Assembly (NCBI GenBank): GCA_030390025.1
Contig: CM059427.1
Location: 167,214,001-167,278,000 of the forward strand
Origin: Squalus acanthias
Taxonomy: Eukaryota
Direction: 5' to 3'
DNA: 64,000 nt
In this document: one piece after another, positions 1-14,406 of the stretch
How the letters are laid out: every line of letters starts with the position of its first letter
Numbering within the stretch: the stretch's first letter is position 1
Position numbers and translations under genes: made by a program
The notes under the pieces: model-generated
What the model saw: only the letters and a program-made list of their open reading frames with translations
What the model was told of the DNA's origin: nothing
Database searches by the model: none

Positions 1-149
1 GCTATTTCCTTTTCATTTCAAGATCCCCGTAAGCCAGTTTAATGTCGACCAATAAAGTTACTGGAGTTTCCCATTTAGAAAGTGAGGGACAAGGTAACAG
101 AGATACAGCCGAAGTACTTAACAGCTCAGAAGGAATTGGGGTGATACCC

Positions 150-760
150 AAAACGTAGAAATATTGAATATTTCATTCAGAAATGACACAGGCATGACCC
201 TGGAAATTATGAGCTGGTTAGACAGCCATCAGTAGCAATAAAAAACTAGAGATTATTTTAAGACACATAACCCATATATTTGAGCCAAAACAAATATGAT
301 TCATGAAAGGAGACATGGATTTACGAGCAGATGATTGTACCTTTACAATTTACTAGATTCTTCTGAGGATGTTAAAATGCCAGTAGACAGGAGCAATCCA
401 GTAAATGTTATATAAAGGCACCTGACAAAGTAGCTCAGAATGCAGAGAGATGAGGGCTTACAGAATTGGTGAAGTGAATAGAAGACTGACTTGACAATAA
501 GAAAGCCGTATCATTATAAATGGATAATCAACAGAGTTGTAGAGAAGCAGTTGGGCTCCCTGGAGATTATTGCTCTAGTTGATATCATTCACAATCTGCA
601 CAAGTGACCTTGATGAGATCAGAAGCAGAATTACAATGTTTGCCATTGACACAAGTATGCGTGGGAGGGGGAAACACGTAGCAGAGGCAGATATTAGTTC
701 AGCAGGATCTGGAGAGCCTCAGCAGTTGTACTAATGAATGGCAACTGGCATTTAAAGAGG
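150..760 (+). mobile_element. Old degenerate CR1 RT fragment
   Basis: Remnants of TNLL.F, KAFDKV, W..WL, FADDT, QQDL..L..W...WQL.FN in the expected order, with many stops. Confidence 0.6.
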
Positions 761-1588
761 GAGTCTAACCATTAGGATCCCTTAAAAAAAAAAAAATGGT
801 TACAAAGAACTATGATTCATTTTAACATCCTTTAGTTTTTTTTCTGTCCATTTCTGTTTATTTCTAGAATTTTTCTGTTTAAAGAGTGAGTTCTGATAAG
901 ATTGTTGAGGGAACGAACTAGAAGCAATTACTCTGTCTGGCAGTGTAAGGAAGCTGGATTAACACACAGTTTAAATGGCATGATTGCCAAAGCACCCAGG
1001 GTTGATGATTGTACCCCTGTTGATGTTAATTCCACTCCCTAAATACTGGTAACTGCTCCAAGTCAGATCCACCAGTGAAGTCTTCAGCATTCCGTGTATA
1101 AACAGAAATATTTAAAACATTAACAGAAGCAGGCAGAAAGAAACAAAAAGGACTTAAAATTAATTATTTGTAAATGTTGCTGTTTAAAAGGAGTGCTGAT
1201 GGTGAGTGTACTTCTTTTAAAGGGGTGTCAACTTCGTGGAAAAGCATCTGGCAAACCTTCATTTGTTTACAAACGTACAATGCAATGGTGTAAATCTTAT
1301 GAAAATGTATCACTATGTAACTCATGTATAATGTCACTGTGATGGATATGACACACAATACTTGTGACTCTTCTCCCTCTTAAGCAAAAGATTAGCCAAA
1401 TCATCAAGTCACAGCTCAGTACTTCTTTATGTAAATGTCCATAATCTCTTCAGGATTGAAAAATTAGATTTTATTACAAAATAAATGATTGTACTTTAAT
1501 GGGATGGTTGTAATCGGAGAGTGAGGTTTGCTGATGTTGAGGAGAGAGAGCAAGGCATCTTTTTCTTAACAGAAAACATGGTACAATG

Positions 1589-1700
1589 AAAGAAAGACTT
1601 GTATTTATATAGCACCTTTCACGCCCACCGGACGTCCCAAAGCGCTTTACAGCCAATGAAGTACTTTTTGAAGTGTAGTCACTGTTGTAATGTAGGAAAG
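1589..1700 (-). mobile_element. Deu-type SINE 3' end
   Basis: gacttgtatttatatagcacctttcac...gcgctttacagccaatgaagtac is shared with the copies at 5640, 33790 and 38653. Confidence 0.75.
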
Positions 1701-2655
1701 CAAATGAAGAAACAAACTGGCCAAATGAAGAAATATGAGGCATACTTTCCACCCATAAAATGTTAGTAACCCTATCTTTAGCAGATTTTAACATCCACCA
1801 ATTAAATTGATGGCTGAACACGATTTTCCTGCAGGTGATTTAGTGAAATTTTAGTTTTTCACAAGAAGTTGTCATTTAACCAATATTGCCATTTAACTGA
1901 TGAAAAGTTCAGTAATCCAGCTATGGACTGCACCTCAGCAAAATCACTCCATGGAAATGGAGAAAATCCTGAATTATCCACAAGGTTCAGTCTTCGCATA
2001 AACAGTCAATCTCAGTCACAGAAAGCTGCTTCCTCTACTGGAAATTAAAAATTGCACGGCTGATTTTTAAACAGATCTATCTAATTTCTACATTTAAATG
2101 GTGTAGGTCCCACACAAACATACCTGGAAATTTCAGTGGTGTTGCACGAATATCTCCAGATGTATAACAGTTACTTTGTGAATAGTTTCAGTAATTTAGC
2201 TTTCATATAAGGATTAAGATCAATACATAAATCATGTTTAAAAATTCGAAACTCAGATAACTATGGACCCTGTATGCCCTTTGTTGATTTAAGCATGAAA
2301 TATTGCAAATGTTGTGGCAATATTATGATTATTGACAGTCACACAAGAGCCAACACGAATTTATAATTTGGACCTGTTGTATATATTTCTATAAATTTAT
2401 TATGATTTTGGAATCAAATTAAGTAATTATTACTTTGTTTTTTAAATGCAGATTTTATTGCATCCATGGCATCACTGCAAGGGCTCAATCAGCAACCTCC
2501 CTCCATGCAGCTGGAGCTTGTCCTTTTATTAGAGGGTGGCCAGCAGCCCCAAATACAGTCGCCTCCTTTGTTGCACCTCCTCCAGCAAGACCGTCAACTG
2601 TTTAGCATTAAAGGGAGCAGTATTGCCCACATATCTCCATTGTATCATTGTGAAT

Positions 2656-3097
2656 AACATAGAAACATAGAAGATAGGAGCAGGAGTAGGCCATTCAGCC
2701 CCTCGAGCCTGCTCCGCCATTCAATGAGATCATGGCTGATCATCCAAATTCAGTACCCTGTCCCTGCTTTCTCTCCATATCCCTTGATCCCTTTAGCTTT
2801 AAGAAATATATCTAACTCCTTCTTGAATATACTTAATGAATTGGCCTCTACTGCCTTCTGTGGTAGAGAATTCCACAGGTTCACCACTCTCTGGGTGAAG
2901 AAATTCCTCCTCATCTCAGTCCTAAATGGCTTACCCCTTATCCTTAGACTGTGACCCCTGGTTCTGGACTCCCCGGCCATCGGGAACATTCTTCCTGCAT
3001 CTAGTCTGTCTAGTCCTGTTAGAATTTTATAAGTTTCAATGAGATCCCCTCTCATTCTTCTAAACTCCAGCGAGTATAAGCCCAATCGCCCCAATCT
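2656..3097 (-). mobile_element. Young CR1 LINE 3' end
   Basis: ORF LGLYSLEFRRMRGDLIETYKI...RTRGH...FFTQRVVNLWNSLP; tail (TTCTATGT)n. Confidence 0.92.
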
Positions 3098-4084
3098 CTA
3101 GTCCACTTTTCTGCCACCACCACAACTTCCCCTTTAATGGCGAGCTGCCGCCTTGTAAGGTTTGTTCCCTCAATGGATTTTCCAATCCACAGGCCAAGCT
3201 CTCTGGGCCAGTAGCCTGCTCAAATTAGGAGGAGCCACCCAATCACAAAATTCAATGCGGCTTGCCCCGTCAGCTGTTACTGTAGGTGAGCGTACGCTAT
3301 GAGCCATACTTACAAAATCAAGGCTAATTAAGTATTGACTGTGCTGATACTGCTAAACTTGCCTTTATTTGTATGAAGCGCACTGTGTGTTTACGAATGT
3401 TTTAAGTATTATTGATAGGTGCTTTTTAGTGAATGTGAAATTCGAGCCAGCTAACATACTTTGTGTGACACACGCGCCTCAGATACTTTATCACACGCTA
3501 TGATTATATTGGACATGTGCCAGCTTCAAAACTTTTAATTATATAGATAGGATAGAGAATGTAATCTTATTTTATACAGTATAAAGTGTTACATAATTTG
3601 TTTTATAGATGTTCAATGTTAATTTATTATTCATTATATTGCTACAATTAAATTTATTTCATATTTTGTTAATAACATTTTACAGGTATCGTTTTGATAA
3701 TTTTTTTGATTTGACAATAGACTCATAATTTTGATCAGTTTTATTATATTCTTATTTTGTTAAATGGATCTATATCCATTGGGTTGATACTATCTCACAT
3801 TCATTATTTGTAGTGTAGAAACATTACAGCCAGCAGAGAAAGGATACTTTTGTCTATTAGTCTGACTTTGATTCAAACCCAAGTCCCAGAGGTGAAAGGA
3901 CAACATGTTAACAGTGTACTACTCAGTCCCCTCTCTGTGATATATTTTTAATGATGTATACTTATTTTTGATTAATTGTGTGTGCATGCCATAAGTTTAT
4001 TGTGCAACTATTTTAAATATTGTGGAATATATCAATTATATCCCTTTATGGTTTTAATTCAGTCCCTTATAAGTTAATGTGAAA

Positions 4085-5337
4085 AAATCACTGCCACCCT
4101 GTCCATGATCCTGCAGTACAGGATCTATGTGACTGTGACCATGGTGCACTATCCCTCCTCATTCTTCTCGACCGGTCTGCAGCCTTTGGCATGGTTGACC
4201 ACACCATCCTCCTCCAACGCCTCTCCTCCGTCGTCCATCTGGGTGGGACTGCCCTCGCCTGGTTCCATTCTTGTCTACCCAGTCATAGCCAGAGAATCAC
4301 CTGCAATGGTTTCTCTTCCCGCTCCCACACTGTTACCTCTGGAGTCCCCCAAATATTTATCCTTGGGCAGCTCCTCTTTCTCATCTACATGCTGTCCCTT
4401 GGTGACATCATCCAAAAACACAGCATTAGGTTCCATGTATACGCTGATGACACCCAGCTCTACCTTGCCACCACCTCTTTCGACCACTCCACTGTCTCTG
4501 ATTGTCACACTGCTACTTTGACATCCAGTACTAGATATTGGGAACACCAGTCTTTGGTCCCCGCAACAAGCTCCATTCCCTAGCCACCAAATCCATCCCT
4601 CTCCCTGGCAACTGTCTGAGGCTGAACCAAATCATTTGCAACCTTGGTGTCATATTTGACCCCGAGATGAGCTTCCAACCATGTATCTACTCCATCACCA
4701 TGACTGTCCAGTTCCACCTCTGTAACATCATCTGACTCCACCCCTGCCTCAGCTCATCTGCTGTTAAAAACCTCATCCATGCCTTTGTTACTCTAGACTT
4801 GACTTTTCCAATGCTCTCAAGCCAGTCTCCCACCTTCCACCCTACATGAAATTAAGCTCATCCAAAACTCTGTTGCCCATATCCTAATGCGCACCAAGTC
4901 CCATTCACCCATCACCCCTGTGCTCACAGACCTACATTGGCTCCCGGTCCGGTAACGCCTCGATTTTAAAATTTGCATCTTTGTTTTCAAATCCCTCCAT
5001 GGCTTTGCCCCTCCCTATCTCTGTAACCTCCTCCGAGATCTCTGCGCTCCTCCAATTCTGGCCTCTTGCGCATCACTGATTTTAATCACTCCACCATTGG
5101 CAACCATGCCTTCAGCTGCCTAGGCCTAAACTCTGGAATTCCCTCCCTAAACCTCTCCTTGTTTAAGACACTCCTTAAAACCTACCTCTTTGACCAAGTT
5201 TTTGGCCATCTGTCCTAATATCTCCTTGTGTGGCTCGGTGTCAAGTTTTGTTTGATTACGCTCCTGTGCAGTGTCTTGGGACATTTTTACTACTTTAAAG
5301 GCACTATATAAATGCAAGCTGTTGTTGTTGTTGTTGT
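4085..5337 (+). mobile_element. L2-clade LINE 3' part (RT fragment, 3' UTR, (TTG)n tail)
   Basis: VDHTILLQRL, SGVPQ, YADDTQLY, HITPVL.DLHWL, LKTYLFD motifs with frameshifts. Confidence 0.9.
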
Positions 5338-5639
5338 CCCTCTTCCTATTTTTCACATTGCACATCCATGTGTTTTGTTGCCCAACTACAGACAGAATTA
5401 ATCAGGAAAAAATGGGTTAAAAAAAATCAACATTTTCTGTGATTGAATTTCCATGGCGAGACACTCATAAATAAGCAACTCTACGTTATCATAAAGTTTT
5501 GACTCTGATTTTCCATTTAATCAGTTTGCAAATACTCATGTAGGAGTATTATAGGTTCGTGGATCAGTTGATGGTACACAGTCAGAGCAGTACAATATAG
5601 CAGCAAGGTCCGATAACTGAATTAAAAGGAAATGGAAAG

Positions 5640-5932
5640 GAAAGGACGTGCATTTATCTAGCCCCCTTCAGGACCTCAGGAGGTCCCCAAGTGCTTTACA
5701 GCCAATGAAGTACTTTTGAAGTGAAGTCATTGTTGTAATGTAGGGAAATGCAGCAGCCAATTTGCACAGCAAGTTCCCATAAACAGCATGAGCAGAAAAT
5801 CTTTTTTGAGGTGTTGTTGGTTCAGAGATATATATTGGCCAGGTCACCAAGAAATCTCCCTTACTCTTCTTCGAACAGTGCCATTAGATCTTTTACGTTC
5901 ACCTGAGAGAGCAGACAAGACCTTACTTTAAC
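5640..5932 (-). mobile_element. Deu-type SINE, truncated next to the Penelope insert
   Basis: Similar to 33790-34075. Confidence 0.75.
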
Positions 5933-5934
5933 AC

Positions 5935-6099
5935 AATAGCAAAATACTGCGGATGCTGGAAATCTGAAATAACAACAGAAAAAGCTGGAAACACTCAGCA
6001 GGCCAGGCAGCATCCGTGGAGAGAGAAACAGAGTTAACGTTTCAGGTCTGGGACCCTTCATCAGATGAAGGGTCCCAAACCTGAAACGTTAGCTCTGTT
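5935..6099 (-). mobile_element. Penelope-like pLTR fragment with terminal inversion
   Basis: 36-bp inverted arms (6027-6099, 2 mismatches). Minus-strand core CTGATGA-A-GGGTC cca GACCT-GAAA-CG-TT; the 5' strand of stem I is lost at the inversion point. Confidence 0.75.
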
Positions 6100-7439
6100 A
6101 CTAGGTCTATACGTCACACGAATCATTTACATATACATTTCATATATTTACATTTATACTCAAAACAAAATGATGTACTGTAATTAATTGAAATGTTTAT
6201 ATGTCACTAAGGCTTCACTTATATTGTAATACTAGTCTGAGAAAACTGTTTAGTGTGAAGCTCAGCCAACAACATAAGTTATGCAGCAGACTGAAAATTG
6301 CACTCTGACCACCTGAAGAGAGTGAAGCTCTGAAGATGCTTTCACATGTGCACAGAGCGCCATTCTCTTTGCCAGTACATTTTTCATTTTTTGAGAGCGC
6401 ATGGAGAAGTGTTCACTTCATAAAAACGAATATGCAGTAAGTTTAGAAAGTGCACTAGAGGTCCAGGGAAATACTTGAGGCATTTTAAAAACCTACTTGA
6501 CATGACATTGGAATTATACTTCGGACAGTGTCGAGCCCAAGCCTTCCTGCTAGGGTCTCACACCACTTGACTTCCATATGTTTGCAGTCAAAATTAGGGT
6601 CTGACTCTGGAATTATGCTGTCACTGTGGCAGAGCTGAAAGTGCTGTGCGTCAGTGCAAAAATAACAGTAAAACTGCCCTGCTAAACTTGTTCAGTGGGT
6701 AATAAGATGAAGATATGAAATATAGTTTTAATTGTAAAATATTTAATTCACTAAGTAAACATATAGCTGACTAAAACAATAACATCAGTGTTGCAGTTAG
6801 TGTTTATTTTATAAATAAAATTCAATTTAATAATGTTTTAAATAATATATTATCTTATAATAGTGTACCTCCAAAACACCCACGGTGCAAACAGCAAGGT
6901 GGTGAATCATTGGAACGCCATTAGACTGTGCCAGGACTTGTGAGATGAATGTTACATCCATGATTCGTCCCTTTCGCTGAGTTCCTTATTCCAGTCCGGC
7001 TGTAAGGTGCGCTGTCTCAGTTGGGAGGGAAAGAATCCCCCCCACTCGCCACCTTGTAGCTCCCGATAGCCAGTTCAGAGCCGCACTAACAGAACCCGAG
7101 CAACAAGTTTACCGCAGCCTTCTCTACCACAGGTGGTGTGTGTGGCATAGTGAGATCGTTGGGAAAAGGAACGGGTGAAAGTATAAATACTTGAAACCTG
7201 TAAAGGGAGCGCTCCCTGCTTGAAAGATTGCAAATAAATAAACAAACAAATAAATAAACAAATAAAAGTTCGCCAAACACCATGCCATGGCTGAGATTAC
7301 ACACACAAATAGAACAGGTTTGACCTTTCAATGAAGGTTTGTTTAGACTCTAGTCTCATAAAAGATTATAAAGGCTGCATTTCAATTTATATTTAAACAT
7401 AAACAGATGAAAGGTGCTCATGATTTGCATAGGGATATA

Positions 7440-7841
7440 ACTGCAACCGCTCTTATTGTGGGGGTGGGAGGAGTGTTGCCGGTGCTCAGGAACCCCCAAT
7501 CTTTCCTCAGCCCGGCCTTAAAGATAACAGCTCCGTCTGTGTTTTCCCAAACGTTTGAATTGCGCCCATTCCCTCTCGGTTATAACCACTGCTTCCGAGC
7601 GCACAAATCCGGCGCTCACTCAACCCCCATACAAAAAAAAAGACATGCAGCCCTCTTGCAAAACCTGCGCTGACTGGGCACCGAGCCAGGTCCCATGGGT
7701 GGGGAGGCCTGACGTCATATGTCAGGCAAGGAGACAGCTGCCGACCCAAAGCAGCCGGACGGAACTCCGATCCCCGATTCAGCACTAAACCCATCCTGCT
7801 GCAATATCCAGGGTTTTTTTTTTGCTTTATTATTTTAATTA
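7440..7841 (+). promoter_or_regulatory. Putative distal promoter and 5' UTR
   Basis: GC/CpG-rich patch, GGGTGGGGAGG box (7697-7707), perfect CRE TGACGTCA (7710-7717), directly upstream of the exon ending at 7895. Confidence 0.5.
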
Positions 7842-7895
7842 ATGTGGACTAACACGTATCAAGGATACCAAAGCTTCAGCTCATACAGATCAATG
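7842..7895 (+). CDS. Putative distal alternative first coding exon of Pitx1 (MWTNTYQGYQSFSSYRSM)
   Basis: ATG has an in-frame TAA two codons upstream. Consensus donor ATG|gtgagt at 7896 (phase 0). Lies about 130 bp downstream of a GC-box and CRE in a CpG-rich zone. Link to Pitx1 is inferred from phase compatibility. Confidence 0.55.
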
Positions 7896-10800
7896 GTGAG
7901 TGCCCAACTTATTCCTAACCGTGTGAAGACAGAATGGGGAAATGCAACACGTGCGTTTGTAGAAATGTTGCAATTTCTACCAATTAGGATGAATCACTGC
8001 GTGATCCTCGCGGAAAGATTCCCAGTATTTCAAAACAATTTGCTCCAAAGACCCAGCACGCGATGTTCAGTGGTTGGGAATGGAAGTAAAGGTCACGGTA
8101 AAGCAGCGAGTCTGAGCTTTGATTCATTCGCTGTTTTTAAATCTCTTTCGTCCCTTTATAACTTAAAATGTTGGTCTTTTCGCAAGTGTTTTGTTTGCTG
8201 TCAATAGAAATAGACATTATGAAGAGGTTAGTTTCTCAACTCTGAAGCTGGGTTGGGGCCGCTCGCCTCTGATACTTTGGCTTATTTCACACCGTGTATG
8301 AATTATGTAGAAACTCTGTAGTTTGTCAGACCTGCCACACACACACACAACAAAAATGTTCGAAAATACAATTCCAAAGGGTTTACATCATGGAGAAGAA
8401 GCAAGACTCTGATAAGCAAACAAGGGGAGTAAATCATTTCTTGCGTCGTTTTATTACCTCTTTTAAAAGGGTTAAACTCGGTTACTTCCTACATTGCGAT
8501 ATTTGTTTCAGACCAAACCTCGCCGAGATTTTTTTTAAATGGAAGTGTTGGTGTTAATCTGTAGGAGAGAGAAAGGGTTTTTCCCCAACAGCAACATTAC
8601 ACATACACGGATTATAAACACTCAGCATGTACCTCGACTCAACCTGCAAAGCCACCGTCAAGCGTGGTTCAACATGTTACTGCAGTGATGATGTAAAGAA
8701 AGCGAGCAAAATAAAATAACATGCATGGTTTAAAATGCAGTATGTCTATATGGGGTTAGAGCAGATTGCAGACCGTCACAGATTCGCACTTAAAAAAACG
8801 CACTATCATAATTATAACCCGGGACAGATCCAAGTAGAGAATGGGTTATGTTTAAGTGACTGGAATTAAAGGCAGTCAAGACTTCAGATTGTACTCCGAG
8901 AGAGGAATGATGTTTCTGTCTAACAGGAGGCAGTTCCCATTTGCTCTTAAACCTAACCAAACATTTCCTTGGTGTTGAGGTAACAGAACCACCTTTGGTT
9001 ATAGAGTTTACCAATAATGTGGGCCGGGTGTGTGCGTGGATCAGTCGTTATCACGGTGTATTTGCGATTGACTTCACATTAAATATAATTGCAAGATTTA
9101 CGTCAAAATAGGTGTTTAGTGATTCTCTTTTCGGCAAAGCTTCGGAAACCGAGTGCTCCAGAATTGACATTGGACTGTGAAATCGTCTTTAGTAATGTTC
9201 TCAATAGTAATTTGTAATTCATTTTTAATTAAAGTATTCAGTATTTAGTAAAGTAAGGTGTGTATAGCTGTGTTATACAGCAACGCTCTCGAGGCAGAGA
9301 GAATCTGTAACTTGCCAAATAAAGCCCCAACACTCCAGTAAAAAAAAAGTTAGCGATAAGGGAAGAATATCCCCTTTAATGTAATTTAACTTTGGCTCTG
9401 TGAATGATATATCTATGAATAATCGATTGGTGTTTTCTTATAAACGCGTTACCAGCTTGATTCTCTGTGAGTTTAATTATTTTCCACTGTAATGTATTTC
9501 TACGTACTTTTTTTACAATACGAATTTCATTATTGTAAATGTTTTAAATAGTTCAGTTTAATAATTTAGCAAAGGTAATTTTTTTGTTCAATTTCTGTCT
9601 CCCATCAAATAGGGGAAACAGTAAAATCTCGTTCACAGTACTTTTCAAAATATCCCTTTATGCAGAGTTTTAGAATTATTTTAGTGGAGTCCGACAAAGG
9701 ATTTCCATTAACTATAAATTTAAACCTACAACATCTTACAAGAGACAACTTTCATGAAAACTGTTTTACCTTGAACAGTGTCTTAAAATAACCGTCGATA
9801 AACATTATAGTAAACAACTGGCAACCATTAAAACTAGCAATGGACAGCGATGCGATTTGATGAAACATTTCTGTAAAATGCTCAACAGCCAGTTCCTAAA
9901 CACCAGCTCTATGACACCGATGGAAACTCCTGAAAGAAGGCCACATAAGTACTTGTTCAGATATGGGTGTATATAAAGGAGTGCAATTTTTCACGGTCCA
10001 AGCCTAAGATAATTTCCTACACGAAATATTGTTAAAGAATTTATAACATAAACAACTATTATATAAAGATGTATTTATTGAAACCTGATCAATAATAGTT
10101 ATAGAATGAAATGTAGTTGGATAGAAATGGGCATGTTTAAATTAGACACATTTCAAGAACTTTAGTATTATTTAGAAACTGATATTTACAAATGAACAGA
10201 TGTAGTCACTCGCATTTTTAAAATATTTAGTTACATTGTTTTTTGTAATAGTGAATTCTTTAACACTTTTTAAACGATGGAATGAATGTGTTACACACGT
10301 TCTTCAATAACTTAAATAGCGGACACACGACCATGTTGTGCGAGTCTTGACGGAAAAAAATATTTTTTATGCACTTAATAAATAGTCATGTAATAGCTGA
10401 GAATGATCTGGCGTTCGCCAGCAGTCAGGTACTGATTCTGTCTCGGTACCAACTCAGGGATGAAAAGGGTTGGGGGGTGGAAATCGGTTTCGAGGAAAAT
10501 ATTGATATCTGATTGCCAATCCTTTGCAGAGAGTTCTGTTGGTCGTAGTATTCAGTTGAAACGATTTGTATCTAGAGGAACAATAGGGCCGATGTATTTG
10601 TTGCTTTTCTACTGTAGGGATACAGAAACAGATACAGTACACTGGTGCTGTCTCCGCTGCTTCTAGTCGGCAGGGGGGAAACAAACTGGGATCTGTGCAA
10701 CCAAGCGTTGTAGTCAGTATCATCAAGTCGTGTTATCGGCTGAAGGAAAGGATTTGCTCCGCAAATTACCGATAAAATTCGTTTGGTTCATCGCAGTCCT

Positions 10801-11607
10801 TGCGCCACTGTTCGGTGCCTCGCTTGTAAATGGGAACTCGGGGGCCAAAGTACAAGGGTCAAATGGCTTGACTGCTCGACTTGCTAATTAACTATCACAT
10901 TTCATTTTAGGGAGAACAACACTGCTGCGATTTTGTTTTACGTTTTTGTTACTTCGACTTTTCATCGCGGGTAGAGAAGAGTTTGTAGCTTTTGGAGCAG
11001 AGAGAGATCAGGAGACCAAGAATATCTTTACAAAATCGTGACGAAACACAAAAAAAAAGGGCTGGAATCTGCGGTCGGTATTCAGTGATTTGTTCACGGA
11101 ATCTCACCATCAGATATTCACACAGATTCCTTTACCGACCACGGGCACCCCCAGGAAAATAATAGACTGCAACAAGCGGTCATTTTACTTCTCGAAACGA
11201 AAAGCTGTTCATTTCGACCAATCGTTCCCTTGTAGATTTTTATTCTTACTGCCGCCAAATGCTCAGGCATGTGTCGGCTTCCAACTCAAAACACATCCAT
11301 ATTAATTCAAATAAAATCATTGCAGCAGCGACACACACGAGGCGTCTGCAATGCGTGGAGGAATTTACTGAAATAACGCCAAAAGCGAACCTATTAAAGT
11401 AACAGCAAATAACCATTGTGTGCCTGTCCGCTTACTTTCCAGTTTCTAACTGGTGAAATGAGCTGACTGATGGAAAGTGCTGATCCTACACAATAGGCAG
11501 TAGTTACCCAGCACCTTAATCATCCTACACACTCCAGTTAGCAACCAAATGATGACGCTAGTTTCAGCACATTTCTTCCGCCGATGTATTGTGTGTGATT
11601 GCTTTAG

Positions 11608-11674
11608 CAGAGATCCAAAGTCTGCACCAAACGGAAACATCACTCGAAGAGTTTGCCCTTCTGCGCAGATTCAG
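11608..11674 (+). CDS. Putative distal alternative second exon of Pitx1 ((Q)RSKVCTKRKHHSKSLPFCADS)
   Basis: NAGNAG acceptor gctttag|cag| (both in frame), open frame in phase 0, strong donor CAG|gtaagg at 11675 in phase 1, which matches the homeobox exon. Confidence 0.55.
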
Positions 11675-14406
11675 GTAAGGGACATTTCAAAAGGTTTCTT
11701 TTAGTCGCCTGTGTCGGGTGTGGAGGTTCTTTATCGTGGAGCAAATGGGAAATCGGATCCAGATTGAGCTCTGTTTCAAAAGCAAAATGCAAAATATTGC
11801 TATGGAATTCAGTCAAGTCAATTGAACCCTTATAACCAGAGTTCAGAAAAAGAGTTTATGTGCAAACCATCCTCCTGAATCACGGCGATAATTAATTAAC
11901 TACATGTTTAATGAATTCTGCTTATTAATTGGGATTTTTTGTTGGTCTTATTTTGTTCAAGATCTCGATGACATAGTTGGTCTGTGAGATGCCTTCACCG
12001 TTTGAGTAACGTGTATTTTAAAGGGTGTTTTAAATATGGACAAACATCCCCACAAACGGGCAGACGATTCATCCCAACCTCATTTGAGACTTGAAATTCA
12101 GAAATACCAACCATTAGTTTCTGATCTGTTCGCGCGTTTTGAAATGTGATATTGAAGAGTAACCATAATTCCTTTAGACTCTTTTAAAGGCTTTCGATAT
12201 GAAAAGAACATACATATACGATATTACAGATGAGTCGACGGTTAACTCATCATGTGTCATCTTCATATAATAAAAGTTAACACTAATTTTGTCCAATTGT
12301 CATTTTACAAACGCATGCTGATTGAAATAAAAATCGCGACCAAATTAAACTATCAGAAATTACAACCACTTGTATAATTCGAGTTGTCATTTATCAATAA
12401 TCATACTAGTACTCAGGAATAAATGCCGAGGTTAGAGACTGACAATACTGTTTTAGTGCTGCACAGACCTGTCTGTAAGATTCATTACTTGTCTGCAAGA
12501 TTCATTACTTTTCCCCTTAAAATGCTAAATGCCTTAATTTTATTTTTGAATAATACAAAAAAATAAACGCTTTCTCAGGTCATGGTAACGTACAGAATAA
12601 CCGAGTATATTTATAGGTTACACTTACTTGGCGATTCAAACAATGGGTGATCTAGACAACTATATAAATCAATTGGAAATTGAAATAGAACAATGATTAC
12701 TGCAGCAATTAACATTAAAGAGAGAGAATCTTGTTTTTAGTTTTTCGATTATTGCAATTATAAACAAGCAATGCAGTCTACACTAAATATCCATGGCCTC
12801 TGATCTCTACCATATTCTAAAGTTTTCAAATAATGAAATGCATTCTCAGGTTCAATGCTAATCACCTTCACCGTGCATGTGTTACAACGGCCACAGCTGT
12901 AAAAGTGCTTGAAGATCAAAGAAACCAAACCAAATATCTGGAGGAATATCCTCTTCCAACTCATGAACAAGGAATTCCAATAAAGTTTCAATAAGCAAAA
13001 ATAAATTGCCCACTAGTCATTTCTAAAGACTTCACAGCTTGACTGAAATGTTTGTCATTTACAATTGACTGGAATCATCTAACCAAGTTCTTTAGACCAG
13101 TGTGATTTAAACTTATTTAAAAATAAGATAGAATTCAAAAACTCTCCCCAACAGCTGTGAAACATTCAAAATGCTAGCAGATGCCTAGATGTTGTTAGTG
13201 TGTATATCTTTCTTACATTATCCTTAACTCATGGTCATGCTTCCTACTCTCTGTTGAAGTTCTGTTTCTTTTTTCCATTGAATTACATTTTATTTCAAAA
13301 GCCAAAATGTTTCACAGATAATATGATAGCGGGAAATCTGCAATATAAACAAACAAGTGTCAGAAATCAAAATGTTATTTGAGTAGATATTTCTTTCTTT
13401 AGTTTGTTTCTTCAATTTGAACAAAGAACTTCAAATGAACAAATATTATACCAAAGGTGCTGTTGCTCTGTAAAAAGATTGCTTCCCACCCGCTCCTGCT
13501 AGTACTAAATATAATAATCTCCTGCCTTGTTCATTGATGACAAGAAGTATTAATAGATATAATTCAATGGATTGGCAGCCTGGCTATGTGCTCTGTGCTC
13601 TTTCATTCCTTTCCCCCCATTGTTAAGGATGTTTCTGCAGTGCAACTTTTTTTCAGATTCAACATGCAATAACTCACTTCCAATCAAATGCTGCAGAGTT
13701 TATGTGAAGCTGGTATGTCATTAATGCATTTTGATGAAATGGGAAAAGAAATACAGTTTCCTGAGCACACCAGTCACCCCAGGGAGGGAGTCTTACCATC
13801 AGTGCATCTTTTAAAAGTTAATTGCGAATTATGTTTAACTTCAACATCCATTTTGTTTTTTTTAAGTTTGTCAACTTCTGTTTTAGTAGCTTTGCTTAAG
13901 ATGGAAGGAGGAACGAAGTGGGAGGAGTTACTGAACTCAGCAGTGTGAGATAGCTGAATTATCATCAGGAGATAATCTTGTTCATTCAGGCTTCTTCAGT
14001 TATGATGCCATTTCAAGTCTATATATTAATTTATCTCCTTCACACTGTTGGATGCAGTATCTCCTCCAAGCCAATTGACACATATAATCTCTCTCTCGTT
14101 TTATTCTGTCAAAAAGGAAGATATCTGTGTGCTTAGTGATGTCTTTCAGTCACCTTTGTTACCATGGCTTAATGCTTTGAAACTATTGGTTTTAGGCATC
14201 CAAGAAGCTAACATTTGGCATAGAACTCGCCTGATGTGACACCAGGATGTTTTTCCCTGATAACATTATGGGTGAGAACTCTAGACAATATTTCTCTTCA
14301 AAAAGTTACAGGATGAAAACTTATAGTGACACATTTAAGGGGCCTCTATACAAAATGTTTGCCCTTAAGCAGCAATTTTAAAGCATGAAACACAATAATA
14401 AGGGAC

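Noticed and set aside
7842-8207. 121-aa ORF as a stand-alone gene
   Set aside because: Beyond the strong donor at 7896 it reads like intron; only the first 18 codons are kept as an exon candidate.
12469-12510. Short tandem duplications (also 26650-26682 and 60243/60317)
   Set aside because: Two-copy slippage products with no spacer-repeat array; not CRISPR-like.
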